Source: Phoronis australis (lineage: Eukaryota > Animalia > Phoronida). From it: a stretch of 64,000 nucleotides of DNA. The position numbers and the translations under genes were made by a program. Position 1 is the stretch's first letter, and the number at the start of each line of letters is the position of its first letter. The notes beneath the pieces were generated by a model. The model was not told the DNA's origin. It searched no databases and worked only from the letters and a program-made list of their open reading frames with translations. The stretch covers positions 346,868 to 410,867 of the forward strand of contig NMRA01000242.1 of assembly GCA_002633005.1 (NCBI GenBank). Reading direction: 5' to 3'. Positions 1-12,204 of this stretch are shown here, piece after piece.

Positions 1-73
1 TGCACAGCAGTACTCCGTTTTCTAGTGACTTGCGAGGATCCTCAGGATACACAAATGACAGCCTGGTCACCGT
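1..73 (-). CDS. LIMCH1/LMO7: LIMCH1/LMO7-like gene, coding exon 2 (calponin-homology domain), runs off the window edge
   Basis: Minus strand: pyrimidine tract tcttctttttcattcacAG, then phase-0 TVTRLSFVYPEDPRKSLENGVLLC. This resembles the CH-domain segment of LIMCH1/LMO7 recalled as QVTGRSF..DFRTGLENGILLC, and is in frame with exon 1 at 41256-41363. Confidence 0.85.
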
Positions 74-439
74 CTGTGAATGAAAAAGAAGATCAACACA
101 AATTATTATTATTTTAGATATTTATTATCATTGATAAACAAGTTCAAAAACAAACAAACAAACAAGAATGTTCTTCATCTTACCAGCGTGTGCAAGTTCA
201 GTAGGGAGACACGTGCTGAACCAGCTAATTCTGAATGACGCAGTTATTGAGAGTGATTACAAAATATTTCCCAACTACACCAAGATGTTCTCTGTACTTG
301 TTAGTGTATTCACAAACCTACATAAATATTTATCACTTACTTTGCCCCAGAAATACTTAACAACCTCATACAATACATTTACCACAATTATCTCAAAGTA
401 GCATTCATCTGCCACTTGGCCTCAACTGTTACATTATGT

Positions 440-630
440 AAAACTGAATACATCACTTCATAGAGTGCTCATTATATTCTTGGCTGAATAATATAAGATT
501 GCCTAACATATCATTACAACCAAGTTTGGTATGTGTCTAGCACTGGGTCCAACAGTAGTAAACAGATGTGGTAACACTGATTCTTACTACTCAACTAGAT
601 TATGGTAATTCTCCACTTACATGGACACTC
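440..630 (+). mobile_element. Highly decayed L2/CR1-type LINE RT fragment
   Basis: ILTTQLDYGNSPL resembles the L2 motif SRLDYCNSLL. Upstream, broken frames give HIT..SAHYILG..KI, resembling HIS..SA.Y.L..I.KIR. Confidence 0.4.
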
Positions 631-1001
631 ACATTATTTTGCACACCAAAATTATTTAGAAAAATAATATTTTATCCCTCATTTATTTCGCACAAGGCTA
701 CTTGGTGGGAATTCCTTGCCTCACCTTATTCCCAGTCACTTTTGCTCTTCAAAAAACATCAATGCAAATCAAAGTTATTAATCCTAGTAATACACACTTT
801 AACTATGTTAATAAGGTCTGAACATCAATAAATGCACCACTGTTCTCAGCATGAGGAGAAAGGGGTGACTTGAATGAGTGTCATGTGACTCAGTCATAGG
901 TTCAAAAGAGTATTTCACTAATAATGAGGTAAATTTCTTTAATATTGGAACAGTAATTTGATTACTATTGACTAGATATTAGCAAAATGTAGTAGGCCAC
1001 A

Positions 1002-1446
1002 TTTTGTTACATTTGCACACTAGTAGATGCTTGCTTACTCAGTTAATTTGTTACATATGCACACTGGTAGATGCTTGCTTACTCAGTTAATTTGTTACAT
1101 TTGCACACTGGTAGATGCTTGCTTACTCAGTTAATTTGTTACATTTGCACACACTGGTAGATGCTTGCTTACTCAGTTAATTTGTTACATATGCACACTG
1201 GTAGATGCTTGCTTACTCAGTTAATTTGTTACATTAGCACACTGGTAGATGCTTACTTACTTCGTTAATTTATTACATATGCAGACTGGTAGATGCTTAC
1301 TTACTCAGTTAATTTGTAACATATGCACACTGGTAGATGCTTACTTACTCAGTTAATTTGTTACATTAGCACACTGGTAGATGCTTGCTTTCTCAGTTAA
1401 ATTGTTACATATGCTCACTGGTAGATGCTTGCTTACTCAGTTAATT
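1002..1446. repeat. 44-bp minisatellite, ~10 copies
   Basis: Unit tttgttacatttgcacactggtagatgcttgcttactcagttaa, with few substitutions between copies. Confidence 0.95.
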
Positions 1447-1616
1447 TCACACACCTGTCAACTACAAAGTCTGCATATTCAGTTTATTTAGCACACTCAG
1501 ATACATAACAAGCCCAATCAAGTAGTTTTCCACCACAGAATTTAGAAATTAAAAGCTAATAAATGAAGCTGTGTAAACACAACGATGAAATTCTGTCCGA
1601 TTTCTAATTAATTTAA

Positions 1617-1889
1617 AGCTGCATATTAAACCTGTTTTAGCTGGCTACAAAAGAAAATCAAATTTGTTCTTTTTACTCTCATAATACTGCTCTCATAAAA
1701 TTCCTTGCCGTGATAAGATTCCATTTCCGTTACCAACAAGAACATTAAAACTATCGGCAACTCAAGAAAACCCAAAAATTTTTCAAAAATAGCGCATTCA
1801 AAAATGGCTAGCAGAAATAAAATCATATCATAGTAAGGACTACTATGGGATTGATTTTGTGATATTTAATGGCCTGATTCACTTTCCCT
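1617..1889. mobile_element. TTAA-bounded MITE-like repeat (family C); related copy at 9453-9562 continuing at 12209-12230
   Basis: TTAA at 1613-1616 and 1890-1893; homologous to 9453 onward (cctgttt.agctggcta...ctctcata). The two ends do not form a clear TIR. Confidence 0.45.
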
Positions 1890-3049
1890 TTAAAGCCAGC
1901 TAAACTAAGCAAAAAGTAGCTGTAAGCAGGATAATTAGACATGTACAGCTGTTCAGGTGCCCACAGGACTTGATATAACACAAAACTCAGTATCTTTTTT
2001 TTTGGAATTTGTCATCTAAAGTCACAAAGGCGAATGAGCAGTGTGCAAAATTGTGTATTTTGTTTTACGGGATTAAAGTCTGTTAGGGTCCCATCAAAAA
2101 CAATCACAATCAGTCACGTAACTGATCTTCCAAAAAACCCTTGATCGACAGATCAGTGACCCTCAAAGAAGTGAGTAATTGCAGTAGCCAATTCATTGCA
2201 GCAGATTAAGGGTTCTCACCCACTCACCGACTGGACTAAATTAATTACTAATCCCATGTTTCGAAGAGGATTGGATTTACTACCCAAATGAACCTGGCCA
2301 ACATTAAATGACTGTGAATGCTACCTAGCTTTTATCACATTCATAGGATATACTGTGTCACAAGCTAGCATTTGGCACTATTTGACAGTTGAAATGTTTG
2401 TTTCAGCCAAAAACATAAGGAGGGTCCAGGACCCTCAGTGCCCGCATGTTGGGGCCAAATATTGGTTCCATTCCCCTCTGAGAAACATTTTTAAACCACA
2501 TGAAAGTCCCTTCACCTGGTCCAAAAAGGTCCTCCTACGATTAAAAAAATTAACTTCCATAATTCTTCCAACTGGTGGCTAGAGGAATGAAAAGAGATTT
2601 CTCCTCACCCAAAAGAACTTGCCCTTCCAGAAGTCACAAGGACCCTGCAGCACTAGCACTCAAGACAAACTAAGGGCCTGGAGCAAACACACACCTGTTT
2701 TTAACACACAGCTCAATGTAGGTAGTGCTGTCATCTGTTGGTGTTTGTATTGTCAGGCTTATGCTGTGCACACACTTTTAACACTGCAAATTTTTTAGTT
2801 AACTGGCATTATGTTATGGTAAAAAATCTCCAGTTTGGGACAGAGGAAAATAATTATTTAGTTCAAGGTCATACCTGGTACCAAATTTCAATAATTTGCA
2901 ACATGGGCATGCAAATTCAAGGGCAATAATGTGTAAATGATCAGCATTGCTTCTCATGAACTTCCAAATTTATTTGCAGACCCTGTTTTGCATAAACACA
3001 CTCTGAAACATGATACATGACGTGAATTTTTGCATGTGGATTCTTTAAG

Positions 3050-3897
3050 GTATACTCTTTCAAATGAATTGTAACAATTTTTATCTCAGACTTACCGTTT
3101 TCGAGTTATTTGACTTTGAATTTCTTAAAAAAAAACGCAAAATTTCATTTTTTTTCGAAAAATTTATGGAATTAGGCGATACCATCATTTTAGATAGAAT
3201 TTTGAACGGGCTTTCAGAAGATGTTTTCCATTTTTCGCTAGGACGTCTACTTTTCGAGTTATTTGAGATTTTCTGATAACGCTGTTCCTTTGTTGAGAGC
3301 TTTTGCTGCATTGATGTTGGTTTATCTTCTATTGAACTAGACTGTAGCCTATTTCTTATTGATTTATGACATCTAAGTTCACATCATATGAATGTTGTGA
3401 TGTTGTTCATCATCGCCACCACCATCATCATATTCGTCATCATCTCCGTCGTTGTCTTTTCCGTTAATTTCGCCAAGTGTCGCTCAAGACTGTAGCCTTT
3501 TTCTTACTGATTTCGGACTTCTACGTTAATCATGTGTATGTTATTATTACTTCTTTTGTTCATCCTCGCCACCATCGTCGTCATATTCGTCATCTTCGTC
3601 ATCATCTTTATCGTCATCATTTTGGTTAATTTTGCCAAGTTTCGCTCCTCAGAGCGCTTTCATATTTTGATGTAAATCCATCACCTGGGAAAACAACTTA
3701 CTTGTGATATAATTCACATTGCCAAAGCACCGTCTCTGCAGCTGTCATTGCACTAATTGTTATCGTCGATCTACATCTCTAATAATTCGAAGACTTGACT
3801 TTCTTCCGTAATAGTTCATACAGCCAGTTTTGTCTCTATTACTTCGGGCACAAAGCTCTCAAGGGAAAAAGTGTACGAACTTTTGGTGAAAACACTG
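3050..3897. mobile_element. Tc1/mariner-like remnant with duplicated acidic (GAT/GAC-rich) segment
   Basis: Right end reads TA|CAGTGTTTTCACCAAAAGTTCGTACAC on the minus strand. Internal ~150-bp duplication; minus strand gives DDDKDDDEDDEYDDDGGEDEQKK*. Left end not found. Confidence 0.4.
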
Positions 3898-5750
3898 TAC
3901 ACCCTGAATACACTGTAGTTTTACTGGCTAAAACGCTAGGGAATATGCAGCGTTTTACCCAGACAAACGATGTCTGCAAATGGGTCAGTTTTTAGTTTGT
4001 TTCCACCTGAATGTCTTGAAACATGTTCACCCTCTGCTATAAACTAGTGCAACAACAATTAAATGCCTGCTATCCTTGTATCCTTTCAAGTTGGGGTCTG
4101 GTAGAAATAGTGTCAACAAAAACACTGGCAATTCTCAAACCACCAACAAAAGTGACACATGTAACTGTTCATGTAAACCTAGCGTTTTAGCCAGTTGGTG
4201 TACACAGTATTAGTCTGCCTCCTGTTGTTCTGATAACTGTTTTTTTAAGCCTGTTATCACAGGGGTATCATAGAACATTTGAGGGCATTCTTCATTTTGC
4301 GAGTCACATAAATCAAAGTCATGAGGTGTCCCACATGAATAACACCCTTCTCTAAGGGTTTATTTTGTAAGCTTAACCTTTTCATAAGGGTTCTTGGACA
4401 GCTGAATTTTTAACATAATGAGACTGAAACAGTATAAAACAGATGGCGTATTGTCATTCGTATCAGAAGTTTTTAAATGTGGATAATATTGAAAATCTTT
4501 CAAGATTTAAATAGTTGAAAAAGGGAACATTTTGCAGTTTTGAAGTCCCAAAGAGAACTTGTAGGTAATTCTGTCACAAAGGGCACCAATCTGTCCAGAA
4601 TTTTGTCAGACAAGGAAAACATTGTTTGAGAAACTGGTGATGGAAAGTCAGCCTTGTGAGCAGCTCGTCCCTTATATCTCTTCAACNTGTTCATCCTCGC
4701 CACCATCGTCGTCATATTCGTCATCTTCGTCATCATCTTTATCGTCATCATTTTGGTTAATTTCGCCAAGTTTCGCTCCTCAGAGCGCTTTCATATTTTG
4801 ATGTAAATCCATCACCTGGGAAAACAACTTACTTGTGATATAATTCACATTGCCAAAGCACTGTCTCTGCAGCTGTCGTTGCACTAATTGTTATCGTCGA
4901 TCTTTATCTCTAATAATTCGAAGACTTGACTTTCTTCCGTAATAGTTCATACAGCCAGTTTTGTCTCTATTACTTCGGGCACAAAGCTCTCAAGGGAAAA
5001 AGTGTACAAACTTTTGGTGAAAACACTGTACACCCTGAATACACTGTAGTTTTACTGGCTAAAACGCTAGGGAATATGCAGCGTTTTACCCAGACAAACG
5101 ATGTCCGCAAATGGGTTAATTTTTAGTTTGTTTCCACCTGAATGTCTTGAAACATGTTCACTCTCTGCTATAAACTAGTGCAACAACAATTCAATGCCTG
5201 CTATCCTTGTATCCTTTCAAGTTGGGGTCAGGTAGAAATAGTGTCAACAAAAACACTAGCAATTCTCAAACCACCAACAAAAGTGACACATGTAACTGTT
5301 CATGTAAACCTAGCGTTTTAGCCAGTTGGTGCACACAGTATTAGTCTGCCTCCTGTTGTTCTGATAACCGTTTTCACAGGGGTATCATAGAACATTTGAG
5401 GGCATTCTTCATTTTGCGAGTCACATAACTCAAAGTCATGAGGTGTCCCACATGAATAACACCCTTCTCTAAGGGTTTATTTTATAAGCTTAAAAGGGAA
5501 CTGTAATTTATTCTGAATAAATTCTGGATAGTTTTCTATGAATTGTTGATTAATTTCACAAATAATTCAACACCAAAAATTAAACTTATATTCCCTAACG
5601 AAGCTAAAAAAATTACCGGCTTGGAGCGCTGCTTAGTCTCGTGACGTATTTGGCGGGGGCAAAGTCACTGTCCTGTGTTAGCGTGCAATCAAGTAGCGTT
5701 TTTTATATTGTCGGAATAAGAAATTTTAGTGTGAAATTTCGGGTCACAAG

Positions 5751-5840
5751 GGATACCTGTTTGAGCCGAGGCAACACAAAGTGATACCTAGTCATCGTCA
5801 TCGTCAGACGAAAATTTGCCGGTGTAACTGGTGTCAGTGA
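5751..5840 (+). pseudogene. KolX-like (Kolobok accessory protein) N-terminal remnant
   Basis: GYLFEP (5751-5768), an S-rich acidic linker SSSSDE, then NWCQ* (5826-5840) across frameshifts; resembles the recalled PYxFEP...WCxC start of KolX. Confidence 0.5.
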
Positions 5841-5864
5841 CTGTGCCGAGGGCAATGTGGACTC

Positions 5865-6731
5865 TAGCCATCCAGTCAGCCAGTTGTCAGCCAATACTCC
5901 GGCAGCTCTGTAAACTTGAAGGGTTGGTAAGTTACCGACTGTACCTGTATGAAGACTATCGTACCACTGTGTGTTGAGCTCCGTTAACCCCGAAATTTCA
6001 GACAGCCGTTGACTACCCGGGTATAGTTGACTCAGTTATGCTCGTCACCTCGTCGTAAAACTTAGGCTACATCAACATATAAAGCTAACGGACCGGCGGG
6101 GGCGCATGCAAAATCTGATATAGTCACCCGACACTTCCATTGTTCGTTGCAGCCGTTTAAGTGGAAAACAATCAAATAAACGTCCTTTGGTAGCATAATT
6201 TGCCGCCTTTTTAACAAAGAAGTGTGTCGTCCGTTTCAAGAACAGCACGCTCGTGACACGGCGCACGCGCCATTTCATAAAAATTTGAGACGTCTTTCGG
6301 GACATCATAACAGCTTCGCAGCACCAAGGTTGTTCTAAAATTCGGTTTGCTGGTGTAAAAATACTAAAAACTTGAAACAAAATGAAACAAGCTCCGATAA
6401 TTTGTTATAACATGTACGCAACCTAGGTACCGTCAGCGACGAACACATGATAAAAGAATCAGGGGGAAAAGAAACTGGTAAAGGTCAGGTGACGTTATCG
6501 CAAAAAGCCAACTCAAGAAAACACGTCACAATTTTACTAGCACCAGCCGATGAACGATCGCTAACATTTCCAACACCGGTAAATACAGAAGTTAGTTTAC
6601 TCTAGGAACCTGTTTCCTAGATTTACTCAAGGATGACTTAGTTTTAATGACATTTATTTGAGTCAGATTTTATTTGTACATTTTTTACCCATATCGGCAT
6701 CTAGTATACACTGAGCTTTGGGCCAAGGCTT
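5865..6731 (+). mobile_element. TAGCC...GGCTA hairpin-ended repeat, copy 1 (nested in element A)
   Basis: Colinear homology to 9780-10453, 11000-11672 and reverse 57809-58577 (e.g. gctcgtcacctcgtcg, gcatgcaaaatct, aaattcggtttgctggt..aaaatactaaaaacttg). Confidence 0.7.
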
Positions 6732-6732
6732 G

Positions 6733-6822
6733 GGTAACCCGGCGATGGTATGCGATGACCATCCCTTTAGAAGACGCCTTTTTCGAAGAGTTTGAGCAAC
6801 CAGGTGCCATACAAAAAGGCAT
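6733..6822 (-). pseudogene. Truncated THAP-domain start of a Kolobok transposase
   Basis: ATG at 6822: MPFCMAPGCSNSSKKASSKGMVIAYHR. Removing a 4-nt insert restores YHRLP; the frame is then cut by the nested repeat. Confidence 0.7.
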
Positions 6823-7619
6823 AGCGAACCTTTTACAGCACTGTGGCAAACAATAAAAAATAAGGACGATTGATACAATGATAAATTACGATGTAAACTC
6901 TTCAAATATGACATAAGCAATGAATGTGTAAAGCAGCCGATACCCCGCCGTTCACGTCACTGACGCATCAGCCAATCAGCGATCGCTTTCAGAATTCAGT
7001 GTTTTGACCATGAATTCGAATTGGCTTTAGTTTGGCACGCAAGTCAGGCAAATGTGAGTTTTATTTGTATGTTAGAACCGATTAACTGCAACATTATTTT
7101 GACTACAGTCCCCTTTTAACCTTTTCATAAGGGTTCTTGGACAGCTGAATTTTTAACATAATGAGACTGAAACAGTATAAAACAGATGGCGTATTGTCAT
7201 TCGTATCAAAAGTGGATAATATTGAAAATCTTTCAAGATTTAAATAGTTGAAAAAGGGAACATTTTGCAGTTTTGAAGTTCCAAAGAGAAATTGTAGGTA
7301 ATTCTGTCACAAAGGGCACCAATCTGTCCAGAATTTTGTCAAACAAGGAAAACATTGTTTGAGAAACTGGTGATGGAAAGTCAGCCTTGTGAGCAGCTCG
7401 TCCCTTATATCTCTTCAACAAGAGTACTCCCCCTGAAATAGCATTGCTATTCTGAAACAGCTGTACAAATGGTGACTGGTTATTCTAGGTGTTATTTGAC
7501 ATTAATTGAAAGGCCAGGTAAATATGTCTATGTTGCCTAGGTAAGAAATTAGGTCTGACAGCAGTGTTCACTAAGATAGTTCAAAGATAGATGTCACCAT
7601 TATAATCAAGGTACCTAAA

Positions 7620-7815
7620 CTACACGGTCAACGGACTCAAAAACACGGGAACGGACGCACGAACACGACTCACGGACCGGCAAACACCGTCCACTGACTC
7701 ACAAACACGGGAATGGACTCACAAAACACGATCCACGCACCCAAATACACGGGACACGGACTCATATTCACGAGGAAACACGGTTAACGGACCGCCAAAC
7801 ACGGTCAACGGACAA
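7620..7815. repeat. Degenerate ~21-bp tandem repeat
   Basis: Units like aaacacggtcaacggactcac, about 9 copies. Confidence 0.75.
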
Positions 7816-7890
7816 AATGTCAACTTCAGCGTTGACAGCTGTGTAATGGGTGCGAGATTAAACATATTTTTGATGTTATTTTTGTCTGTN

Positions 7891-7965
7891 GTCCTTGCCA
7901 GGGCCTCCATATTAGTGCTGGGGCGTCCATTTGGACGCCCAGGACGTACGCTGCATGAAGGCCTG
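7891..7965. mobile_element. hAT-like terminus (right end; remainder lost at N7890)
   Basis: Reverse complement CAGGCCTTCATGCAGCGTACGTCCTGGGCGTCCAAATGGACGCCCCAGCAC is identical to the terminus at 18977. Confidence 0.7.
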
Positions 7966-8023
7966 GTTGACTTTAGTATGAAAGAGTCTTTAATCTGTGG
8001 GTTGCCTATATTTGATTACTTAA

Positions 8024-9448
8024 AGGAGAATACTACCCGATTTATTTTGTTTTTTACCGTCTTAATCGGTCTATATCGACATCACCTTATATACGGTCGA
8101 TCTCACCTCGCTGAGAGGTGTCACGTTAACTTGTGAGGAAAGTGAGTAAAAAACGCAGCAATGTCAATGGTTCTTCAGCTGAGTGTGTGCCGCTACGGTG
8201 CAGCGTATTGTTCCCATTCGTGCAAACTATGAAGCTTCGAGGAAAGCGAGTATATTGTTTTTTTATTTTCTTGAGAACCTGGAATGTTTCGGAAGTGGTT
8301 TGCGGAAATAAAGAATGAAAAGCATGCCGTTAATACCAAGTATGAGGTCGTGAAATATCTCTGTCTGTGGCCGGCATTGTCCCGAGTCAAAATGAGTTAT
8401 TCTCACCCTAGTCTCACCCTAACTAATTGCACAGATATCAGGTCCGCAGTAGCTCAGTGGTAAGAGCACTAGACCGGCAATCTAGAGACCTGTGGTTCAA
8501 TTCCCAGTTGGGGTTCCTGATTTTTCTGGGTTTATTTGATACATTTCACCCCCAGGAATGTTTAATAAAACTGAAACAAAGTGTCTCGAAAGGCTATCTC
8601 AGTAGATACAGTTTGTAATGTCTTTGGATTGTTCTGGAGTGCATATGTTTTGAAAAAGCAACAATGAATAAACCACACTGCTTTAGGGGCTTCAGGTGCA
8701 ATAAAACTAATTAACCGGGCACCCAAGGCCATGTGAGCGTGTGTGTACACCTTTTGCCCTGTACAGTTCTGTGGAAGGGGAACCTGGCTTCGAGGCCTCC
8801 GACAAGTAAGTAGATTTGCAATTTTGCAGTGTCTTTTACCAATATATTCACATGCACATGGTTCACTAGTCCAGTGTTTTCGTGACTGGAAGTTTAATTT
8901 TCAACTTTGGCAACCAACTACCCCGGCAGTTTTATGTTCGTGATGTCTCTAGTCCGGCCGCCTACAACAGGCCTAATTGGGTTCTGAGCCACTGGGTTAC
9001 AACGAGCGTTTTGTGTGTTTAGAACTGAAAAAATTTGTAAGCGTACAATTATAACACACGGCTATGTTCTGTCTATATTTCACGGAAGAACAATTCTAAT
9101 TTATCACCGAACAGATTTAAACTTCCCACAGTCGACCTCAGTAAGTTGGCCTACTGAACTTTGTAGGCTACGGTAAGTTCTAAATTTCTATACATCCGTA
9201 AAAGCAAAACAAAACAACTTGTTTGTTTAAAAACCCAATGTATTTGTAACATTTTTGCATCGAATTTTGATGATTTATTGGTGTAAAGTGATGAACTCCA
9301 ACGATATCCTGAAACTAGTAAGATTGTGCAAGAGCCTATGACGTCATCGGTTAGTTTCAGCACCTCCGTCAGCCGTCTGGTGTCAGGTAAAAGAACTTCT
9401 CGATCTAAATTAATATAAAATACATTGTTTTTTTGGTGGCAGTCTCCT
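8024..9448 (+). mobile_element. Kolobok-type element B1 with decayed THAP remnant
   Basis: TTAA at 8020-8023 and 9449-9452; TIR AGGAGAATACTACC / AGGAGACTGCCACC; homologous to 19814-20676. Confidence 0.85.
8441..8517 (+). mobile_element. tRNA-derived SINE head / tRNA pseudogene inserted in element B1
   Basis: A-box TAGCTCAGTGG, stem CTAGA-ccggcaa-TCTAG, B-box GGTTCAATTCC. Poor acceptor stem and no U33. Absent from copy B2. Confidence 0.7.
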
Positions 9449-9533
9449 TTAAAGCTTCATTTTGGCCTGTTTAGCTGGCTAAAAACGAAAACCAAATTGG
9501 GCCTTTTGCTCTCATAGAATTGGTCTCATAATG

Positions 9534-11968
9534 TTCCTAACCATGAGAGGATACCACTTTCCTTAACCACGGGTGAGAAACAACGTGACCGCCGGTCCTC
9601 TAAATCGGACTGACTCACCCAAAACAGGACTGACGCACCGAAAAACATGACCGCCCCACCACAAAACAGGACTGACGCACCTAAAAACATGACTGCCCCA
9701 CCACAAAACAGGACCGCCGGGGACTGAATAGTTGAGGCCTTTGTGTGATACTGCGGGTTATGACGTAACCGGTCAGAAAGCTGTGTAAAGACTATCACCA
9801 AAATAAAGCTTGACAGCTTTGCGTTATTGAGCTCTGTTACATCCCCGAAATTTCCCACAGCCTGGGTAGTTCTGCATGCTCGTCACCTCGTCGTGAAACT
9901 AACATCAACATGTAGTAGAGCGCGCGACTGACGCAAGCGCATGCAAAATCTAGGCGTCAATCAACACTCACCTTACAGTTTGCAACCGCTTGAGTGAAAA
10001 ACAATCTAATGAACTGTTGTAACAATAAGTCTGTCGCCCTCGTGACATGTGCACGCGCCATTTCCTCAGAAAAATTTTGCGACATCTTTCGGAAGATGAT
10101 GACAACTTGGCGGCAACAAGATTTGTTATGAAATTCGGTTTGCTGGTATTAAAATACTAAAAACTTGTAACAAAATGAAACCAGTTTCGATAATTTGTTG
10201 TGCCAGGTACGCAACCTTGTAGAAGAACAGTTGACTGAAGAATCGGGGGGAAAAGGAACCGACTTAAGAGAACGCAGAATAACGACAGAACGACAATTTT
10301 TCTCCAGCGCCGATGAAATAATTTAGTTTACTCAAGGAAGAGTGTCATTAATAACACAAATTCGCCGGGTGAAGATTTTACATGTTCATTTTTACCCACA
10401 TCGGAGCAAAGCTGTATATTTAGTATACAGCTTTGCCGCACAAAGGCAGCTAGTATGATGATGCTTCACCCGAGAACCAGAACGCCTGTTTTTTTTACTT
10501 GACTAACTTTAAACGTCAAATTGGAGAAAATGATTTTCATTTTGTTCTAAAACTTACGCAGTGGATAAAATTATAATTATTTAGCTCAAAAGCGTACAAC
10601 GTGGTTGTTTTGTGTTAGATTTGTTGACCTTTCAACTGTTTATAAGTCACATACCGCAGCCGGGAGCCTGGTCATGAGTAAAACTCAAAAGCGCCGCGTA
10701 TTACAAAGCGAAGTGTCCTCTGTTGCTCACAAAAGATTTCGGTGGATTANTTCCTAACCATGAGAGGATACCACTTTCCTTAACCACGGGTGAGAAACAA
10801 CGTGACCGCCGGTCCTCTAAATCGGACCGACTCACCCAAAACAGGACTGAGGCACCGAAAAACATGACCGCCCCACCACAAAACAGGACTGACGCACCTT
10901 AAAAACATGACTGCCCCACCACAAAACAGGACCGCCGGGGACTGAGTAGTTGAGGCCTTTGTGTGATACTGCGGGTTATGACGTAACCGGTCAGAAAGCT
11001 GTGTAAAGACTATCGCCAAAATAAAGCTTGACAGCTTTGCGTTATTGAGCTCTGTTACATCCCCGAAATTTCCCACAGCCCGGGTAGTTCTGCATGCTCG
11101 TCACCTCGTCGTGAAACTAACATCAACATGTAGTAGAGTACGCGACCGACGCAGGCGCATGCAAAATCTAGGCGTCAACCAACACTCACCTTGCAGTTTG
11201 CAACCGCTTGAGTGAAAAACAATCTAATGAACTGTTGTAACAATAAGTCTGTCGTGCTCGTGACATGTGCACGCGCCATTTCCTCAGAAAAATTTTGCGA
11301 CATCTTTCGGAAGATGATGACAACTTGGCGGCAACAAGATTTGTCATGAAATTCGGTTTGCTGGTATTAAAATACTAAAAACTTGTAACAAAATGAAACC
11401 AGTTTCGATAATTTGTTGTGCCAGGTACGCAATCTTGTAGAAGAACAGTTGACTGAAGAATCGGGGGGAAAAGGAACCGACTTAAGAGAACGCAGAATAA
11501 CGACAGAACGACAATTTTTCTCCAGCGCCGATGAAATAATTTAGTTTATTCAAGGAAGAGTGTCGTTAATAACACAAATTCGCCGGGTGAAGATTTTACA
11601 TGTTCATTTTTTACCCACATCGGAGCAAAGCTGTATATTTAGTATACAGCTTTGCCGCACAAAGGCAGCTAGTATGATGATGCTTCACCCGAGAACCAGA
11701 ACGCCTGTTTTTTTTACTTGACTAACTTTAAACGTCAAATTGGAGAAAATGGTTTTCATTTTGTTCTAAAACTTACGCAGTGGATAAAATTATAATTATT
11801 TAGCTCAAAAGCGTACAACGTGGTTGTTTTGTGTTAGATTTGTTGACCTTTCAACTGTTTATAAGTCACATACCGCAGCCGGGAGCCTGGTGATGAGTAA
11901 AACTCAAAAGCGCCGCGTATTACAAAGCGAAGTGTCCTCTGTTGCTCACAAAAGATTTCGGTGGATTA
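9534..11968. repeat. Near-identical duplicated block (9534-10749 vs 10751-11968) joined at N10750
   Basis: Only scattered SNPs and 1-bp indels between copies; single N at the join. Confidence 0.9.
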
Positions 11969-12204
11969 ATCGGCACAAAACCTGCATATGCATACGTATA
12001 TAGCCCCATTGTATGATCTGTGTAGGCCTAACGGTAATAAATCTTAGCCTGTTAGTCATTGCGGTTTTAGTCCCCGGCGGTCCTGTTTTGTGGTGGGGCG
12101 GTCATGTTTTTAGGTGCGTCAGTCCCATTTTCTGGTGCGGCGGTCCCATTTGATCCCCGGAGGTCCTGTTTAGAGGACCAGCGGTCATGTTGTTTCTCAC
12201 CGTG
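10784..12204. mobile_element. piggyBac-like non-autonomous element D with long repeat-containing TIRs (partial duplicate at 9567-10749)
   Basis: TTAA at 10780-10783 and 12205-12208; termini (C)CACGG(G)TGAGAAACAAC.TGACCGC.GGTCCTCTAAA; subterminal ~41-bp repeats inverted at both ends; interrupts a family C repeat. Confidence 0.8.

Larger units (their letters stand above)
5494..7115. mobile_element. Kolobok-type non-autonomous DNA transposon (element A)
   Basis: TTAA duplicated at 5490-5493 and 7116-7119, with a single TTAA at the empty site 4373-4376. TIR AAGGGAACTGTAAT / AAGGGGACTGTAGT. THAP start on the minus strand and KolX-like motifs on the plus strand. Confidence 0.85.
3557..7419. repeat. 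Near-identical duplicated block (3557-4686 vs 4688-7419) joined at N4687; probable uncollapsed haplotypes
   Basis: Copies differ by SNPs, small indels and the 1622-bp insertion at 5494-7115. Confidence 0.85.

Noticed and set aside
1002-1446. CRISPR-like appearance of this and other arrays (40, 46, 59, 77 bp)
   Set aside because: Units are contiguous with no unique spacers, there are no cas genes, and the context is eukaryotic.
8441-8517. Functional tRNA-Ala(GGC)
   Set aside because: The acceptor stem does not pair, U33 is missing, and it sits inside a transposon.
9526-11076. Paired ORFs with VLFCGGAVMF repeats
   Set aside because: They are translations of the subterminal repeats of element D in a duplicated block.
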